A DNA stretch of 64,000 bases from an uncultured Muribaculaceae bacterium (GCA_910577355.1 CAJTMY010000005.1:25095-89094); one strand, 5' to 3'. Positions 19,639-30,620 are shown, counted from the first letter of the stretch. The notes: generated by a model not told the origin, from the letters alone. Numbers and translations: made by a program.

Positions 19639-20181
19639 ATGAACGAAGGTTTAATTCCGCGCCGCTACGCCAAAGCATTGTACAAAGTCGCTGTCGAACG
19701 CAAAGTCGACGAGCGTGTCTATATGTTGATGCAGACGCTTGCTTCATCTTTCGACTCCATGCCCGCTCTTCAGACAATGGTGTCAAACCCGTTTGTCGCT
19801 CCCGAAGAGAAAGAAAAGATAATGACAACGGCCGCCGGTGCAACCGACGCGGACAGCACCTTCTCGGATTTCCTGAAATTGCTCGACCGTAACAAGCGTG
19901 TCGACATGCTCGGCGGCATAGCCCGTGCATACATCGATATTTACCGCAGGCAGCACAATATCCGCAAGGTGGAAGTAGTGTCGGCCGCGCCACTCGATTC
20001 GGCCGTGCTTCAGCGTATCACATCTCTCGTCGAGAAGCATCTGCACGGAGCCACCATGGAATTTTCAACCTCGGTCGATCCCTCTCTCATCGGCGGCTTT
20101 GTGATAAACGTCGACAACGAACGCCTCGACGCCTCCCTGAGCAATCAGTTCAAGGAGTTGCGTCAAAGTCTCTTAAATTAA
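19639..20181 (+). CDS. atpH: F0F1 ATP synthase subunit delta (OSCP)
   Basis: [13 protein letters not shown] at the N-terminus and [17 protein letters not shown] at the C-terminus. Confidence 0.9.
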   Translation: MNEGLIPRRYAKALYKVAVERKVDERVYMLMQTLASSFDSMPALQTMVSNPFVAPEEKEKIMTTAAGATDADSTFSDFLKLLDRNKRVDMLGGIARAYIDIYRRQHNIRKVEVVSAAPLDSAVLQRITSLVEKHLHGATMEFSTSVDPSLIGGFVINVDNERLDASLSNQFKELRQSLLN

Positions 20182-20221
20182 TTCTCCATTACAAAAACAC
20201 TCACCCCGCTATAAGCCCACA

Positions 20222-21793
20222 ATGATTAATCCAAGCGAGATTTCTGAAGTCTTAAAACAGCAGCTCGAAAGTGTCAATACAAAGGTCAACTTCGAAGAAA
20301 CAGGCAAGGTGCTCGAAGTCGGCGACGGCGTCGCACACGTATACGGCCTCGACAATGTATGCGCCAACGAACTCGTAGAATTTGAAAACGGCGTGAAAGG
20401 CGTGGCCCTCAACCTCGAAGAAAGCAACGTCGGCGTCATACTGCTCAACAATGTCGACAAGGTCACCGAAGGCATGAGCGTGCGCCGTACTGGCGAGATC
20501 GCTTCAATCCCTGTGGGCGAAGGCCTTCTCGGCCGCGTAATAAACGTGTTGGGCGAGCCTGTCGACGGCCGTGGCCCCATCGACGGCAAGCTCATGCGTC
20601 TGCCGCTCGAGCGCAAGGCTCCCGGCGTCATCTACCGTCAGCCCGTCACCCAGCCGTTGCAGACCGGTATCAAGGCTGTCGACGCCATGGTGCCCATCGG
20701 TCGCGGCCAGCGCGAGCTCATAATCGGCGACCGTCAGATAGGCAAGACAGCCATCGCCATCGACACCATAATTAACCAGCGCCAGAATTTTGAGCAAGGC
20801 AAACCCGTATACTGCATATATGTGGCCATCGGCCAAAAGGCATCTACCGTCGCAGCACTTGTAGAGACACTGCGCCAGCACGGAGCCCTCGACTATACCG
20901 TAGTCGTGGCCGCAAACGCGTCCGACTCGGCATCGATGCGCTATTATGCCCCCTTTGCCGGTGTGGCCATCGGCGAGTATTTCCGCGACTCGGGCCGCGA
21001 TGCCCTTATCGTATACGATGACTTGTCAAAACAAGCTGTAGCATATCGCGAGATCTCGCTTATCCTCAAGCGTCCATCAGGCCGCGAGGCATACCCCGGC
21101 GATATCTTCTACCTGCACTCGCGTCTGCTCGAACGTGCCGCAAAGATCATCGACAACGACTCTATAGCCGCCACGATGAACGACCTGCCTCCGGTGCTCA
21201 AGCCCATGGTAAAAGGCGGCGGATCGCTCACCGCGCTCCCCATAATCGAGACACAGGCCGGCGACGTATCGGCATACATCCCCACCAACGTCATATCAAT
21301 CACCGACGGCCAGATATACCTTGAGACCGCACTCTTCAACCGCGGTATACGTCCCGCCATCAACGTGGGCATATCGGTATCGCGTGTAGGCGGCAATGCC
21401 CAGATCAAATCTATGAAAAAAGTCGCAGGCACGCTCAAGATCGACCAGGCACAGTTCCGCGAGCTCGAATCGTTCACCAAATTCGGCGGCGATGTCGATG
21501 CCGTCACAGCCCGCGTGATCGACAAGGGACGCAAGAATGAGCGCCTGCTCATACAGCCTCAATACCACCCCGTGCCTGTCGCCGAGGAAGTGGCTGTGAT
21601 ATATTGCGGCGTGAACGGTCTGCTCGAGAACGTTCCCCTCGATAAAGTCGCCGAATTCGAGCATCAGTTCATACAACTGCTGCATGCCAAGTATCAGGCA
21701 GATGTGCTTGATGTGATCGCCCAGGGCAAACTCACCGACGACGTCATGACCAAGCTGAAAGACGCCGCATCACAGATCACAGCACAATTCTGA
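20222..21793 (+). CDS. atpA: F0F1 ATP synthase subunit alpha
   Basis: Walker A GDRQIGKT, plus [16 protein letters not shown] and ITDGQIYLE. Confidence 0.98.
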   Translation: MINPSEISEVLKQQLESVNTKVNFEETGKVLEVGDGVAHVYGLDNVCANELVEFENGVKGVALNLEESNVGVILLNNVDKVTEGMSVRRTGEIASIPVGEGLLGRVINVLGEPVDGRGPIDGKLMRLPLERKAPGVIYRQPVTQPLQTGIKAVDAMVPIGRGQRELIIGDRQIGKTAIAIDTIINQRQNFEQGKPVYCIYVAIGQKASTVAALVETLRQHGALDYTVVVAANASDSASMRYYAPFAGVAIGEYFRDSGRDALIVYDDLSKQAVAYREISLILKRPSGREAYPGDIFYLHSRLLERAAKIIDNDSIAATMNDLPPVLKPMVKGGGSLTALPIIETQAGDVSAYIPTNVISITDGQIYLETALFNRGIRPAINVGISVSRVGGNAQIKSMKKVAGTLKIDQAQFRELESFTKFGGDVDAVTARVIDKGRKNERLLIQPQYHPVPVAEEVAVIYCGVNGLLENVPLDKVAEFEHQFIQLLHAKYQADVLDVIAQGKLTDDVMTKLKDAASQITAQF

Positions 21794-21835
21794 GCTGTAA
21801 ACAAAAAGAAACACAACCAAGCATCACCCGCATAA

Positions 21836-22717
21836 ATGGCAACATTAAGAGAACTTAAAGGTCGCATAGGCTCGGTGGCGTCTTCCGAGAAGATCACCGG
21901 CGCCATGAAGATGATTTCCTCAGCCAAGATGCATAAGGCCGAGGGTGCCCTCCGGCGCCTCAAGCCGTATCGCTCCACGATTGAGTCGATCATCGGCAAC
22001 CTGCTCACCGCCGACGCCACATTCACGTCGCCGCTGGCCGATCCCAGAGCCGTCGAACGCCTCACAGTGGTGGTGCTCGGCAGCGACGACGGTCTGTGCG
22101 GCGCCTACAACGCCAATCTCGCCAAATATCTTGGCGAGCGTATTGCCTCCATGCGTGCCACATACGGTGCCGCGCTGCGAGTCACCATAATACCGGTCGG
22201 TAAGAAAATGGCCAAGGCCGTGGCGCGCCTCTCCGGAGCAGGAACAGCAATCCGGATTCCCGACGTGGATTCCAAGAGCGAAGGCGACAAAGTCAAGGAC
22301 TTTCAGGCATCCCTTATAGAATCATTCATCAGCAAGGAGACAGATGCTGTGGATGTCGTGTATATGAACTATAAGAGCGCCGGCCGGCAGGTGGCAGTAA
22401 TGGATCGCATCCTGCCGCTGTCGCCCGAAGTGTTCACTTCGGAAGGTGTGAAGGAGTCGGCCCGGCCATATATTTTCGAACCCGATGCCCAGACAATCTT
22501 CTCGAGTGTGTTGCCGATGTACATATTATCGCTGGTACAGGAAGTGTTTGTCGAAAACCGCGCCTCGGAGCAGGCCGCCCGTGTAATGGCCATGCAGAGC
22601 GCCAACGACAATGCCAAAAAACTCCTCGACCAGCTGCGACTCGAATACAACAAACTGCGCCAGGCATCCATCACTACCGAACTGCTCGACATCGTCGGCG
22701 GCCAGGTTCGCGACTGA
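21836..22717 (+). CDS. atpG: F0F1 ATP synthase subunit gamma
   Basis: N-terminal LRELKGRIGSVASSEKITGAMKMISSAKM and C-terminal YNKLRQASITTELLDIVGG. Confidence 0.95.
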   Translation: MATLRELKGRIGSVASSEKITGAMKMISSAKMHKAEGALRRLKPYRSTIESIIGNLLTADATFTSPLADPRAVERLTVVVLGSDDGLCGAYNANLAKYLGERIASMRATYGAALRVTIIPVGKKMAKAVARLSGAGTAIRIPDVDSKSEGDKVKDFQASLIESFISKETDAVDVVYMNYKSAGRQVAVMDRILPLSPEVFTSEGVKESARPYIFEPDAQTIFSSVLPMYILSLVQEVFVENRASEQAARVMAMQSANDNAKKLLDQLRLEYNKLRQASITTELLDIVGGQVRD

Positions 22718-22774
22718 CGCCTGTATAATATATAGAATAAGAAACCATCCAACGAATATAACAATCATTAATCA

Positions 22775-23512
22775 ATGGGTAGTGTAAAAGACTATTTTCA
22801 ATCATTGGGTTCCGGTGTGCTGTCGCTCCTGAAAGGAATGCAGGTCACCGGCAAGGAATTTGTCACCCCCAAGATTACCGAGCGTTATCCCGAAGACCGC
22901 GAGACATACAAATGGCCCGAACGATTCCGCGCCGTGCTCGAGCTCATCTACGATAACGAAGGCAATCACAAATGTATCGCCTGCGGCACCTGCGAGCGCA
23001 ACTGCCCCAACGGTACCATCACGATCGAGTCAAAGATGGTCGACACTCCGGCCGGCACAAAGAAGAAAAAACTCGACAACTATATCTACGACCTTGGTTC
23101 GTGCACATTCTGTCAGCTGTGTGTCACCACATGTCCGACCGGTGCGTTGCGCTTTTCCAACGACTTCGAGCAGAGTGTCTTCACCCGCTCGAAACTGGTG
23201 AAAAAGCTCAATTACCTGCCCGAGAAGCCCGAGCCTGAGCTTACCGAAGAAGAAAAAGCCCGCCTCGCAGCCGAAAAAGAGGCCAAGATAGCCGCCGCCA
23301 AGGCCAAGGCCGCTGCGCTCAAAGCCGAACGTGAGGCCGCTGCCGGCGCTGCTCCCGCTCCTGCGGCCAAAGCCGACGATGCCGCCGCAAAGGCTCTCGC
23401 CGCCGCCAAAGGCGACCCCGAGAAAGAAGCAAAGATACGTGCCGCTCTCGAACGCGCCGCCGCCTTAAAGGCCCAGCGCGAGGCTGCCGGCAAAGATGCC
23501 GGCGATAAATAA
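22775..23512 (+). CDS. nuoI: NADH-quinone oxidoreductase subunit I with a roughly 95-aa Ala/Lys/Glu-rich C-terminal extension
   Basis: Two 4Fe-4S motifs, CIACGTCERNCP and CTFCQLCVTTCP. The core ends near aa 149. The tail (23222-23512) is low-complexity with two 23-aa repeats. Confidence 0.9.
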   Translation: MGSVKDYFQSLGSGVLSLLKGMQVTGKEFVTPKITERYPEDRETYKWPERFRAVLELIYDNEGNHKCIACGTCERNCPNGTITIESKMVDTPAGTKKKKLDNYIYDLGSCTFCQLCVTTCPTGALRFSNDFEQSVFTRSKLVKKLNYLPEKPEPELTEEEKARLAAEKEAKIAAAKAKAAALKAEREAAAGAAPAPAAKADDAAAKALAAAKGDPEKEAKIRAALERAAALKAQREAAGKDAGDK

Positions 23513-23539
23513 CACCGATAATTATAATAAACCAATAAT

Positions 23540-24052
23540 ATGGAATCAGTAGGAAGTATCATCTTGTACACTGTCGTCTGTCTGGCGATAGTTATCTTCT
23601 CGGTACTCGCCGTGACCACCCGCAAGATCCTCCGCGCTGCCACATATCTGCTTTTCACCCTCTTTGCCGCCGCAGTAGTCTACTTTATGCTCGACTACCA
23701 GTTCCTTGGCGCGGTGCAGATTGCGGTATATGCAGGCGGTATCGTGGTGCTGTTTGTCTTCGCGATACTGCTCACGTCGCATCCCGGAAGCAACTCCGAA
23801 CGTCTTGCATCCAAGCGCCGCGTGCTCGGCCTCATCGCCTCCCTTCTCATGCTGGGCGTCTGCGGCTACTCGCTGCTCGCCCGTTGCAACCTTTTTGCCG
23901 GCAAACCCGAGATGGAAGCCCTCGACATGCAGACCGTAGGCACAGCCATGATGGGAACCGGCGCCGGACAGTATCTCCTCCCCTTCGAGGCTGTCAGCGT
24001 TCTGTTACTGGCATGTATAATCGGCGGCATAGTAGTCGCCCGCAAACGTTAA
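23540..24052 (+). CDS. nuoJ: NADH-quinone oxidoreductase subunit J
   Basis: 170 aa, 5 TM helices, with GAVQIAVYAGGIVVLFVF. Confidence 0.9.
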   Translation: MESVGSIILYTVVCLAIVIFSVLAVTTRKILRAATYLLFTLFAAAVVYFMLDYQFLGAVQIAVYAGGIVVLFVFAILLTSHPGSNSERLASKRRVLGLIASLLMLGVCGYSLLARCNLFAGKPEMEALDMQTVGTAMMGTGAGQYLLPFEAVSVLLLACIIGGIVVARKR

Positions 24053-24061
24053 TGACGCGCT

Positions 24062-24373
24062 ATGGAAATTAAAGCAATTTACTACCTTATCCCGTCGCTG
24101 ATAATGTTCTGCTGCGGCCTCTACGGCTTCCTCACACGCCGTAATATGATCGCGATGTTGATCTCACTCGAACTGATGCTCAATGCCGTCGATATGAACT
24201 TTGTCATCTTCAACCGCTTCCTTTTCCCGGGACAGCTCGAAGGCATGATGTTCACTCTCTTCGCCATTGCTATCGCGGCAGCCGAGACAGCCCTCGCGAT
24301 CGCCATAATCATAAATGTGTACCGCTCGGTCAACCAAGTCGATGTGCGTACGCTTAACCAAATGAAATTCTGA
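24062..24373 (+). CDS. nuoK: NADH-quinone oxidoreductase subunit K
   Basis: 103 aa, 3 TM helices, with SLELMLNAV and AAAETALAIAII. Confidence 0.92.
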   Translation: MEIKAIYYLIPSLIMFCCGLYGFLTRRNMIAMLISLELMLNAVDMNFVIFNRFLFPGQLEGMMFTLFAIAIAAAETALAIAIIINVYRSVNQVDVRTLNQMKF

Positions 24374-24378
24374 CCGAC

Positions 24379-26388
24379 ATGAGCGCTACGATACCTGTTT
24401 TAATTCTGGCTATACCACTGTTCATGTTCATCTTCCTCGGCCTTGCCGGCAAGAAGATGAGCCATATGCTGGCCGGTGTGCTCGGAACCCTCGGCATGGG
24501 CACCGTGCTCGTGCTGTCATACTACACGGCGTTCCATTATTTCTTCAGTGGTGACGCATCGTTTATCAACGAGGCCGGTGAGCGCCTCCAGTATGTTGTG
24601 TTCAATCAGACATGGCTGCAATTTACCGATCAGCTCGTCATCCGCCTCGGGTTCTTCCTCGATCCCATCTCAGCCATGATGCTTGTGGTCATCACCACAA
24701 TATCGTTCATGGTGCATCTCTACAGCCTCGGTTATATGCGCGACCATCACGGCGTGTTTGAGAAGGGCTTCCAACGCTTCTATGCATTCCTGTCGCTCTT
24801 CAGCTTCTCGATGCTCGGACTGGTTGTAGCCACCAATATCTTCCAGATGTACATCTTCTGGGAGCTTGTGGGTGCCTCCTCCTACCTCCTTATAGGCTTC
24901 TACTATACAAAGAACTCGGCAGTATCTGCATCCAAGAAAGCATTCATCGTCACTCGATTTGCCGACCTCGGCTTCCTTATAGGCATATTGGTGCTTTCGT
25001 ACTACACAGGGACATTCGATTTCACATCGCTTACTTCAGTTCCCGTCGAGGGTATGGCAAACGTCTATCAGGTAGACCTCTCAACTCCCCAGACAGTGCT
25101 CGGTATCTTCCAGACAAGCGCCGCTCCCATGTTCATGGGCGCATCTGTGCTTACCTGGGCTTTGGTGCTCATATTCATGGGCGGCATGGGCAAATCGGCC
25201 ATGATGCCTCTCCACATCTGGCTCCCCGACGCCATGGAAGGCCCGACACCTGTATCGGCGCTAATCCACGCCGCTACTATGGTCGTTGCAGGTGTATACC
25301 TCGTCGCCCGTCTCTTCCCGCTATATCTCATGGAGGAGTCCGCTCTGGTCATCGTCACTGTAGTGGGTGCTCTCACGGCATTCTATGCCGCAATGGTGGC
25401 CTGCGCGCAGATCGATATCAAGCGTGTGCTCGCTTTTTCCACAATCTCGCAGATAGCGTTCATGATGGTGTCGTTGGGTGTGGCTCGTCCCGAGTATCAC
25501 GAAGGTCTAGGTTATATGGCCTCGATGTTCCACCTGTTCACACACGCCATGTTCAAGGCCTTGCTATTCCTCGGTGCCGGCGCGCTTATCCACGCCATCG
25601 GTTCCAACGACTATACAGCCATGCACGGCCTGCGCAAATATATGCCCGTGACACATTGGACATTCCTCATCGGCTGTCTTGCCATTGCAGGCATCATTCC
25701 TTTCTCAGGTTTCTTCTCCAAGGACGAGATACTGAGCGCCTGCGGCAATTACAGCCCGCTCGTATACATATGGATGTCGATGGTAGCCGGTCTTACCGCC
25801 TTCTACATGTTCCGTCTCTACTACCTCATATTCTGGTGGAAGGAACACAAGGTGCATGAAGGACATCATGCTCCCCACGACCAGCCCTGGACCATGTCGC
25901 TCCCCCTCATCATTCTCGCCCTCATCTCTTGCGTGGCAGGTTTCATTCCTTTCGGAAAGTTTGTGAGCTGGAACGGTGAGTCATACGACTTCATGGCCCA
26001 CTTCGACTGGGGAGTGGCTTCAATCAGCCTTATCGTGGCTGTCCTCGCCATCATACTCGCCACAGTGATGTACCGCAAGGAGAATCCTCTGCCCGAGAAG
26101 TTCAAGAACGCACTTCCCGCCCTTTGGGACTGGTGTCACCACCGCTTCTATTGGGACGAACTATATATGTTCATCACCCACAAGATCATATTCAACGGCA
26201 TATGCCGTCCGCTGGCATGGTTTGACCGTCACATCATCGACGGCACCATGGACTCCTTCGCCATCCTCACCAACAAGGCATCCGAAGCTATCCGTCCGCT
26301 GCAGTCCGGACAAGTTCAGATGTACGTGTGGATATATATTATCGGCGCCCTCCTGCTTGGCGGAGTTACCCTTGTGTGTCTGATCTAA
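24379..26388 (+). CDS. nuoL: NADH-quinone oxidoreductase subunit L
   Basis: 669-aa antiporter-like subunit with WLPDAMEGPTPVSALIHAATMV. Confidence 0.95.
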   Translation: MSATIPVLILAIPLFMFIFLGLAGKKMSHMLAGVLGTLGMGTVLVLSYYTAFHYFFSGDASFINEAGERLQYVVFNQTWLQFTDQLVIRLGFFLDPISAMMLVVITTISFMVHLYSLGYMRDHHGVFEKGFQRFYAFLSLFSFSMLGLVVATNIFQMYIFWELVGASSYLLIGFYYTKNSAVSASKKAFIVTRFADLGFLIGILVLSYYTGTFDFTSLTSVPVEGMANVYQVDLSTPQTVLGIFQTSAAPMFMGASVLTWALVLIFMGGMGKSAMMPLHIWLPDAMEGPTPVSALIHAATMVVAGVYLVARLFPLYLMEESALVIVTVVGALTAFYAAMVACAQIDIKRVLAFSTISQIAFMMVSLGVARPEYHEGLGYMASMFHLFTHAMFKALLFLGAGALIHAIGSNDYTAMHGLRKYMPVTHWTFLIGCLAIAGIIPFSGFFSKDEILSACGNYSPLVYIWMSMVAGLTAFYMFRLYYLIFWWKEHKVHEGHHAPHDQPWTMSLPLIILALISCVAGFIPFGKFVSWNGESYDFMAHFDWGVASISLIVAVLAIILATVMYRKENPLPEKFKNALPALWDWCHHRFYWDELYMFITHKIIFNGICRPLAWFDRHIIDGTMDSFAILTNKASEAIRPLQSGQVQMYVWIYIIGALLLGGVTLVCLI

Positions 26389-26422
26389 CCAACCCAAACC
26401 AATCGGAAAAAAGTAATTCAGC

Positions 26423-27952
26423 ATGTTCACCAATATATTAATCTACTTTGTGGTCATCCCGCTTGTGATGCTCGGCCTGCTCGCACTGTGCCGCAACATC
26501 AGGCAAATCCGTGCGGTGGCGGTGGTTGGCTCACTCGCGCTTATAGGCCTGTCGGTCTATGTGCTACTCGAATACCTCGGCATTCGTGCCGCAGGCAACG
26601 AAGACCCTATGCTCTTCGTAGACTCATGGACATGGTTCGCCCCCCTCAACATCCACCTCGCAGTGGGTGTCGACGGCATATCGATAGCCATGCTCCTTCT
26701 TTCGTCCATTATAGTGTTTGCAGGCTCTTTCGCCTCGTGGACAATCGCGCAGCCCAAAGAATTTTTCCTGTGGCTTATCCTTCTGTCCACCGGCGTGTTC
26801 GGTTTCTTCATCTCGATAGACATGTTCACCATGTTCATGTTCTACGAGGTGGCTCTTATCCCCATGTATCTGCTTATCGGCGTGTGGGGGTCGGGCAACA
26901 AGAACTACTCGGCCATGAAGCTTACACTCATGCTTATGGGCGGCTCGGCATTCCTTATGCTCGGTCTCATCGGCATATATTATCACTCGGCACCCGAAGG
27001 CGCCCCTCTTACATGGAATCTGCTTGAGATCGTCGACAATGCCGCCATACCTCACGGCTGGCAGTCGTTCCTCTTCCCGATGACTTTCGTAGGCTTCGGC
27101 GTGCTCGGCGCCATGTTCCCCTTCCATACATGGTCGCCCGACGGTCATGCCTCGGCTCCCACAGCCGTGTCGATGCTCCATGCAGGCGTGCTCATGAAAC
27201 TCGGCGGCTACGGCTGCTTCCGCGTGGCTATCTATACTATGCCTCAGGCTGCACACGAGCTGTCATGGATATTTCTTATCCTCACGGGTATCTCGGTGGT
27301 ATACGGCGCTTTCTGCGCATGTGTCAAGACCGACCTCAAGTACATCAACGCATACTCGTCGGTAAGCCACTGCGGCCTCGTGCTCTTCGCTATACTCATG
27401 CTTAACGAGACAGCAATGACCGGTGCCATCATGCAGATGCTCTCGCATGGTCTTATGACAGCTCTCTTCTTCGCCCTCATCGGCATGATATACGGCCGCA
27501 CTCACACTCGCGAAATCACGCAGATGGGAGGCATGATGCAGATACTCCCGTACCTGTCGGTATGCTACGTCATAGCAGGTATGGCATCTCTCGGTCTGCC
27601 GGGTCTGTCGGGCTTCGTAGCCGAGATGACCATATTTGTAGGCTCATTCAAGGCCGGTATGGCCGATTACCTCGCCGGTGACGGCTCGCTGCGACTGGTA
27701 TTCACCATCATCGCCTGCTGCTCGATAGTGATTACCGCAGTGTATATCCTGCGCGTTGTCGGCAAGCTGCTTTTTGGCCCGGTCTACGACGATCATCACC
27801 GCAGCCTCACCGACGCCACATGGTGGGAACGACTTTCCACGGCCACACTCATAGTGTGCGTGGCTGCAATCGGTTGCTTCCCCAACTTCTTCAACAATCT
27901 CATCAACTTTACATTCCGACCGGCCATCTTCAGTGTGCTGGGCATTAATTAA
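26423..27952 (+). CDS. nuoM: NADH-quinone oxidoreductase subunit M
   Basis: 509-aa antiporter-like subunit with HTWSPDGHASAPTAVSMLHAGVLMKLG. Confidence 0.95.
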   Translation: MFTNILIYFVVIPLVMLGLLALCRNIRQIRAVAVVGSLALIGLSVYVLLEYLGIRAAGNEDPMLFVDSWTWFAPLNIHLAVGVDGISIAMLLLSSIIVFAGSFASWTIAQPKEFFLWLILLSTGVFGFFISIDMFTMFMFYEVALIPMYLLIGVWGSGNKNYSAMKLTLMLMGGSAFLMLGLIGIYYHSAPEGAPLTWNLLEIVDNAAIPHGWQSFLFPMTFVGFGVLGAMFPFHTWSPDGHASAPTAVSMLHAGVLMKLGGYGCFRVAIYTMPQAAHELSWIFLILTGISVVYGAFCACVKTDLKYINAYSSVSHCGLVLFAILMLNETAMTGAIMQMLSHGLMTALFFALIGMIYGRTHTREITQMGGMMQILPYLSVCYVIAGMASLGLPGLSGFVAEMTIFVGSFKAGMADYLAGDGSLRLVFTIIACCSIVITAVYILRVVGKLLFGPVYDDHHRSLTDATWWERLSTATLIVCVAAIGCFPNFFNNLINFTFRPAIFSVLGIN

Positions 27953-27966
27953 AAGAACGTCAAGCA

Positions 27967-29448
27967 ATGGATTACTCACAGTTTTTAGCAATGAAACAGG
28001 AAATCGCCCTCTTGGTGGTTTTCCTGCTGGTCTTCCTCTACGACACGTTCATGCCCCGCGGCACGCAGAAAGGCTTGCCTGCTTTCGCAAGCATCACCAT
28101 GCTTCTGCTCACCGTGGCCGGCTGTCTGGGCTGCTGTCTGTGCTCATGCACCGATCAGGTGGCTTTCGGCGGCATGTACGAGACATCCCCAGTCATCTCC
28201 GCAATCAAGAATATTCTCAATATCGGTGTGGTCATAGTGCTGATACAGTCGATCAAGTGGGCCAACGGCGAGTTCATGACCATGCGACGCGGCGAGTTCT
28301 ACGAGTTGCTGCTCGTAACACTCTTCGGCATGTATCTTATGATCTCCGGACGCCACTTCCTTGTGTTTGTCATCGGCCTCGAATGCGCCTCGTTGCCCCT
28401 TGCGGCAATGGTCGCCTTCGACAAGAACCGCTACGAAAGCCACGAGGCCGCCGTCAAGTACATTCTTACCGCCGTATTCTCGTCGGCCATATTCATGATG
28501 GGACTAAGCTTCGTATACGCGTTGGCCGGTTCGCTCTACTTCGAGAACATCTACAACGCTCTCTTCGTAAGCTCCACTTCCACCATGCTCGTCATCGCTC
28601 TTGCCTTCGTTATCGCCGGTATAGGCTTCAAGCTGTCGCTAGTGCCCTTCCATCTGTGGACCGCCGACGTATATCAGGGCGCTCCCACGTCGGTCACCTC
28701 CTACCTGTCGGTGATTTCCAAGGGTGCCACCGCCTTTGCCTTCCTTGTAGTCATGGCGCAGGTATTCGGCTCGCTATACTCGGAGGTGTGGGAATGGATG
28801 CTCTATGCGCTTATCATCCTCACTATCACGGTAGGTAACCTCTTCGCCATCCGCCAGCGCAACATGAAGCGTTTCCTCGCATTCTCGTCAATCTCTCAGG
28901 CCGGTTACATAATGCTCGGCGTCATCGCCTACAATACTCTCGGCATGGCAGCCATGATGTTCTACATCCTTGTATACATCTTCTCCAACCTCGGAGCATT
29001 CGGCGTAATCGGCGCCATCGAGAATGCAAGCGGCAAAGTATCCATGGACGACTACCGCGGCCTGTACAAGACCAATCCGCGTCTGGCATTCACTATGATG
29101 CTCGCCATGTTCTCGCTCGCAGGTATTCCGCCTTTTGCAGGATTCTTCTCCAAGTTCTTCATCTTCACCGGAGCTTTGCAGGGAGCATCGGTTGCCATCT
29201 ACGTGCTCGTGCTCATCGCATTGATCAACACCATCGTGTCGCTATACTACTACCTCCTTGTGGTGAAGGCGATGTTCATCAGCGACGAGGAGTGCGTCAT
29301 AGCACCCTTCCGCTCATCGTGCAGCGAGCGCCTCGGTATGTGGATCGCCCTTTTCGGCATCATGTTCCTCGGCCTGCTCAGCCCTGTATACGATTCGCTT
29401 ATCGATCTCAGTTCGCTCAGTTCGATAGGCATGTACTTCATACGCTGA
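27967..29448 (+). CDS. nuoN: NADH-quinone oxidoreductase subunit N
   Basis: 493-aa antiporter-like subunit with PFHLWTADVYQGAPTSVTSYL. It is the last gene before the terminator. Confidence 0.95.
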   Translation: MDYSQFLAMKQEIALLVVFLLVFLYDTFMPRGTQKGLPAFASITMLLLTVAGCLGCCLCSCTDQVAFGGMYETSPVISAIKNILNIGVVIVLIQSIKWANGEFMTMRRGEFYELLLVTLFGMYLMISGRHFLVFVIGLECASLPLAAMVAFDKNRYESHEAAVKYILTAVFSSAIFMMGLSFVYALAGSLYFENIYNALFVSSTSTMLVIALAFVIAGIGFKLSLVPFHLWTADVYQGAPTSVTSYLSVISKGATAFAFLVVMAQVFGSLYSEVWEWMLYALIILTITVGNLFAIRQRNMKRFLAFSSISQAGYIMLGVIAYNTLGMAAMMFYILVYIFSNLGAFGVIGAIENASGKVSMDDYRGLYKTNPRLAFTMMLAMFSLAGIPPFAGFFSKFFIFTGALQGASVAIYVLVLIALINTIVSLYYYLLVVKAMFISDEECVIAPFRSSCSERLGMWIALFGIMFLGLLSPVYDSLIDLSSLSSIGMYFIR

Positions 29449-29470
29449 TATATCCATACTCATCATACCG

Positions 29471-29507
29471 GCACGCGCCCCGCACACGCAGGGTGCGTGC
29501 TTTTTTT
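29471..29507 (+). terminator. Intrinsic terminator after nuoN
   Basis: GC-rich 10-bp stem gcacgcgccc / gggtgcgtgc (one mismatch) with a 10-nt loop, followed by TTTTTTT. Confidence 0.8.
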
Positions 29508-29550
29508 GAACCAAGTACCATGTCCGTGTGTTCCATAGATAAAATATTCT

Positions 29551-30486
29551 ATGAAACCTGTCGCGGCAAAAGACAAGCATGATTCTCCACGAGCCTTGCT
29601 GCTGGGCAATACATTCATGTTGCTCGCTGCAATCTTCTGGGGAGTGAATATTTCAGTCACAAAAGATCTGATTCCGGGGTGGACAAGTGCACCGCAGTTG
29701 GCCACTGTGCGCATATTGGGCGGCTGCATCCTCTTTTGGATAGCATCGATATTTGTCAAGACACAGAAGATCCGGAGAGAGGATTGGAAACGACTTATAC
29801 TCGGTGGCCTTGTCGGCATCGGCGGCTTTCTGTATCTGTTCATACTGTCGCTCCGATACGCCAACCCTATCGACGTCTCCATAATCATGACCCTTCCGCC
29901 GGCATTTGTGATACTTATAGGCGTGATATTTTTACGCAGGCGTCCGTCGCTTATGGAATATGCCGGCGTCGCCGTATCTTTCGCAGGCGCCGCTATCGTG
30001 ATACTCGCAGGCGGGAGTGGTCATGCCGGCAGCGATAATCTCCTCGGCGACCTTCTCGCTATCGCATCCACCATATGCTTTGCCTTCTATCTCGTGATAA
30101 TCGAGAGGCCAAGCCACACCTACCGTCCTGTGACGATGCTCAGATGGGTGTTCCTGTTCGGCGCCATACCTGCATTGTTTTTCATCCCTTCGCTGCCACA
30201 TATGCCCGTTGTGGCACATCCTTCGCTTGTTCCGTGGCTTGAGATAGCGTTCATTTTGTTGTGCCCAACATTTATGGCATACTTCCTCACCAATCCGGCC
30301 ATGAAGCTCATCGGCCCCGAGGCTGTCTCCCTCTATCAATATCTCGTGCCGGTGTTTGCGACCATCTCGGCTGTGTTGATGAAGCTCGATCAACTGCACT
30401 GGCTGCAAGTCCTCGCAATGGCAGTGATAATCGCAGGCATGATAATCACAGACAAGTCGCGCCGACGTCGTCTTCAGATGAAATAA
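29551..30486 (+). CDS. DMT-superfamily (EamA-type) transporter
   Basis: About 10 TM helices in two EamA-like halves; 311 aa. Confidence 0.8.
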   Translation: MKPVAAKDKHDSPRALLLGNTFMLLAAIFWGVNISVTKDLIPGWTSAPQLATVRILGGCILFWIASIFVKTQKIRREDWKRLILGGLVGIGGFLYLFILSLRYANPIDVSIIMTLPPAFVILIGVIFLRRRPSLMEYAGVAVSFAGAAIVILAGGSGHAGSDNLLGDLLAIASTICFAFYLVIIERPSHTYRPVTMLRWVFLFGAIPALFFIPSLPHMPVVAHPSLVPWLEIAFILLCPTFMAYFLTNPAMKLIGPEAVSLYQYLVPVFATISAVLMKLDQLHWLQVLAMAVIIAGMIITDKSRRRRLQMK

Positions 30487-30534
30487 GTGCAGTAAATATA
30501 TTCTGTTGGTGTTGGTTATTAATAAAATAATCGC

Positions 30535-30542
30535 TAAATTTG
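30535..30542 (+). promoter_or_regulatory. Candidate -7 promoter box TAAATTTG for the LRR protein gene
   Basis: Exact TAnnTTTG match about 78 nt upstream of the ATG at 30621. Confidence 0.4.
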
Positions 30543-30620
30543 CCTGCGGTATAATAAACTCCATTACAATTAGATTGATTCCTGAAATTATGTGTCGTAC
30601 TACGCGGTTCGAGTGTCCGA

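Noticed and set aside
22860-23238. Alternative-frame ORFs inside nuoI (22860-23201 and 22972-23238) as a sign of a frameshifted gene.
   Set aside because: The nuoI frame is continuous and carries both Fe-S motifs in the correct order, whereas the alternative frames translate to Pro/Ser/Arg-rich noise.
23212-23658. 148-aa Ala-rich ORF antisense to the NuoI tail and the nuoJ start.
   Set aside because: It is the mirror image of the GCC/GCN-rich NuoI tail and overlaps two well-supported genes, so it has no independent support.
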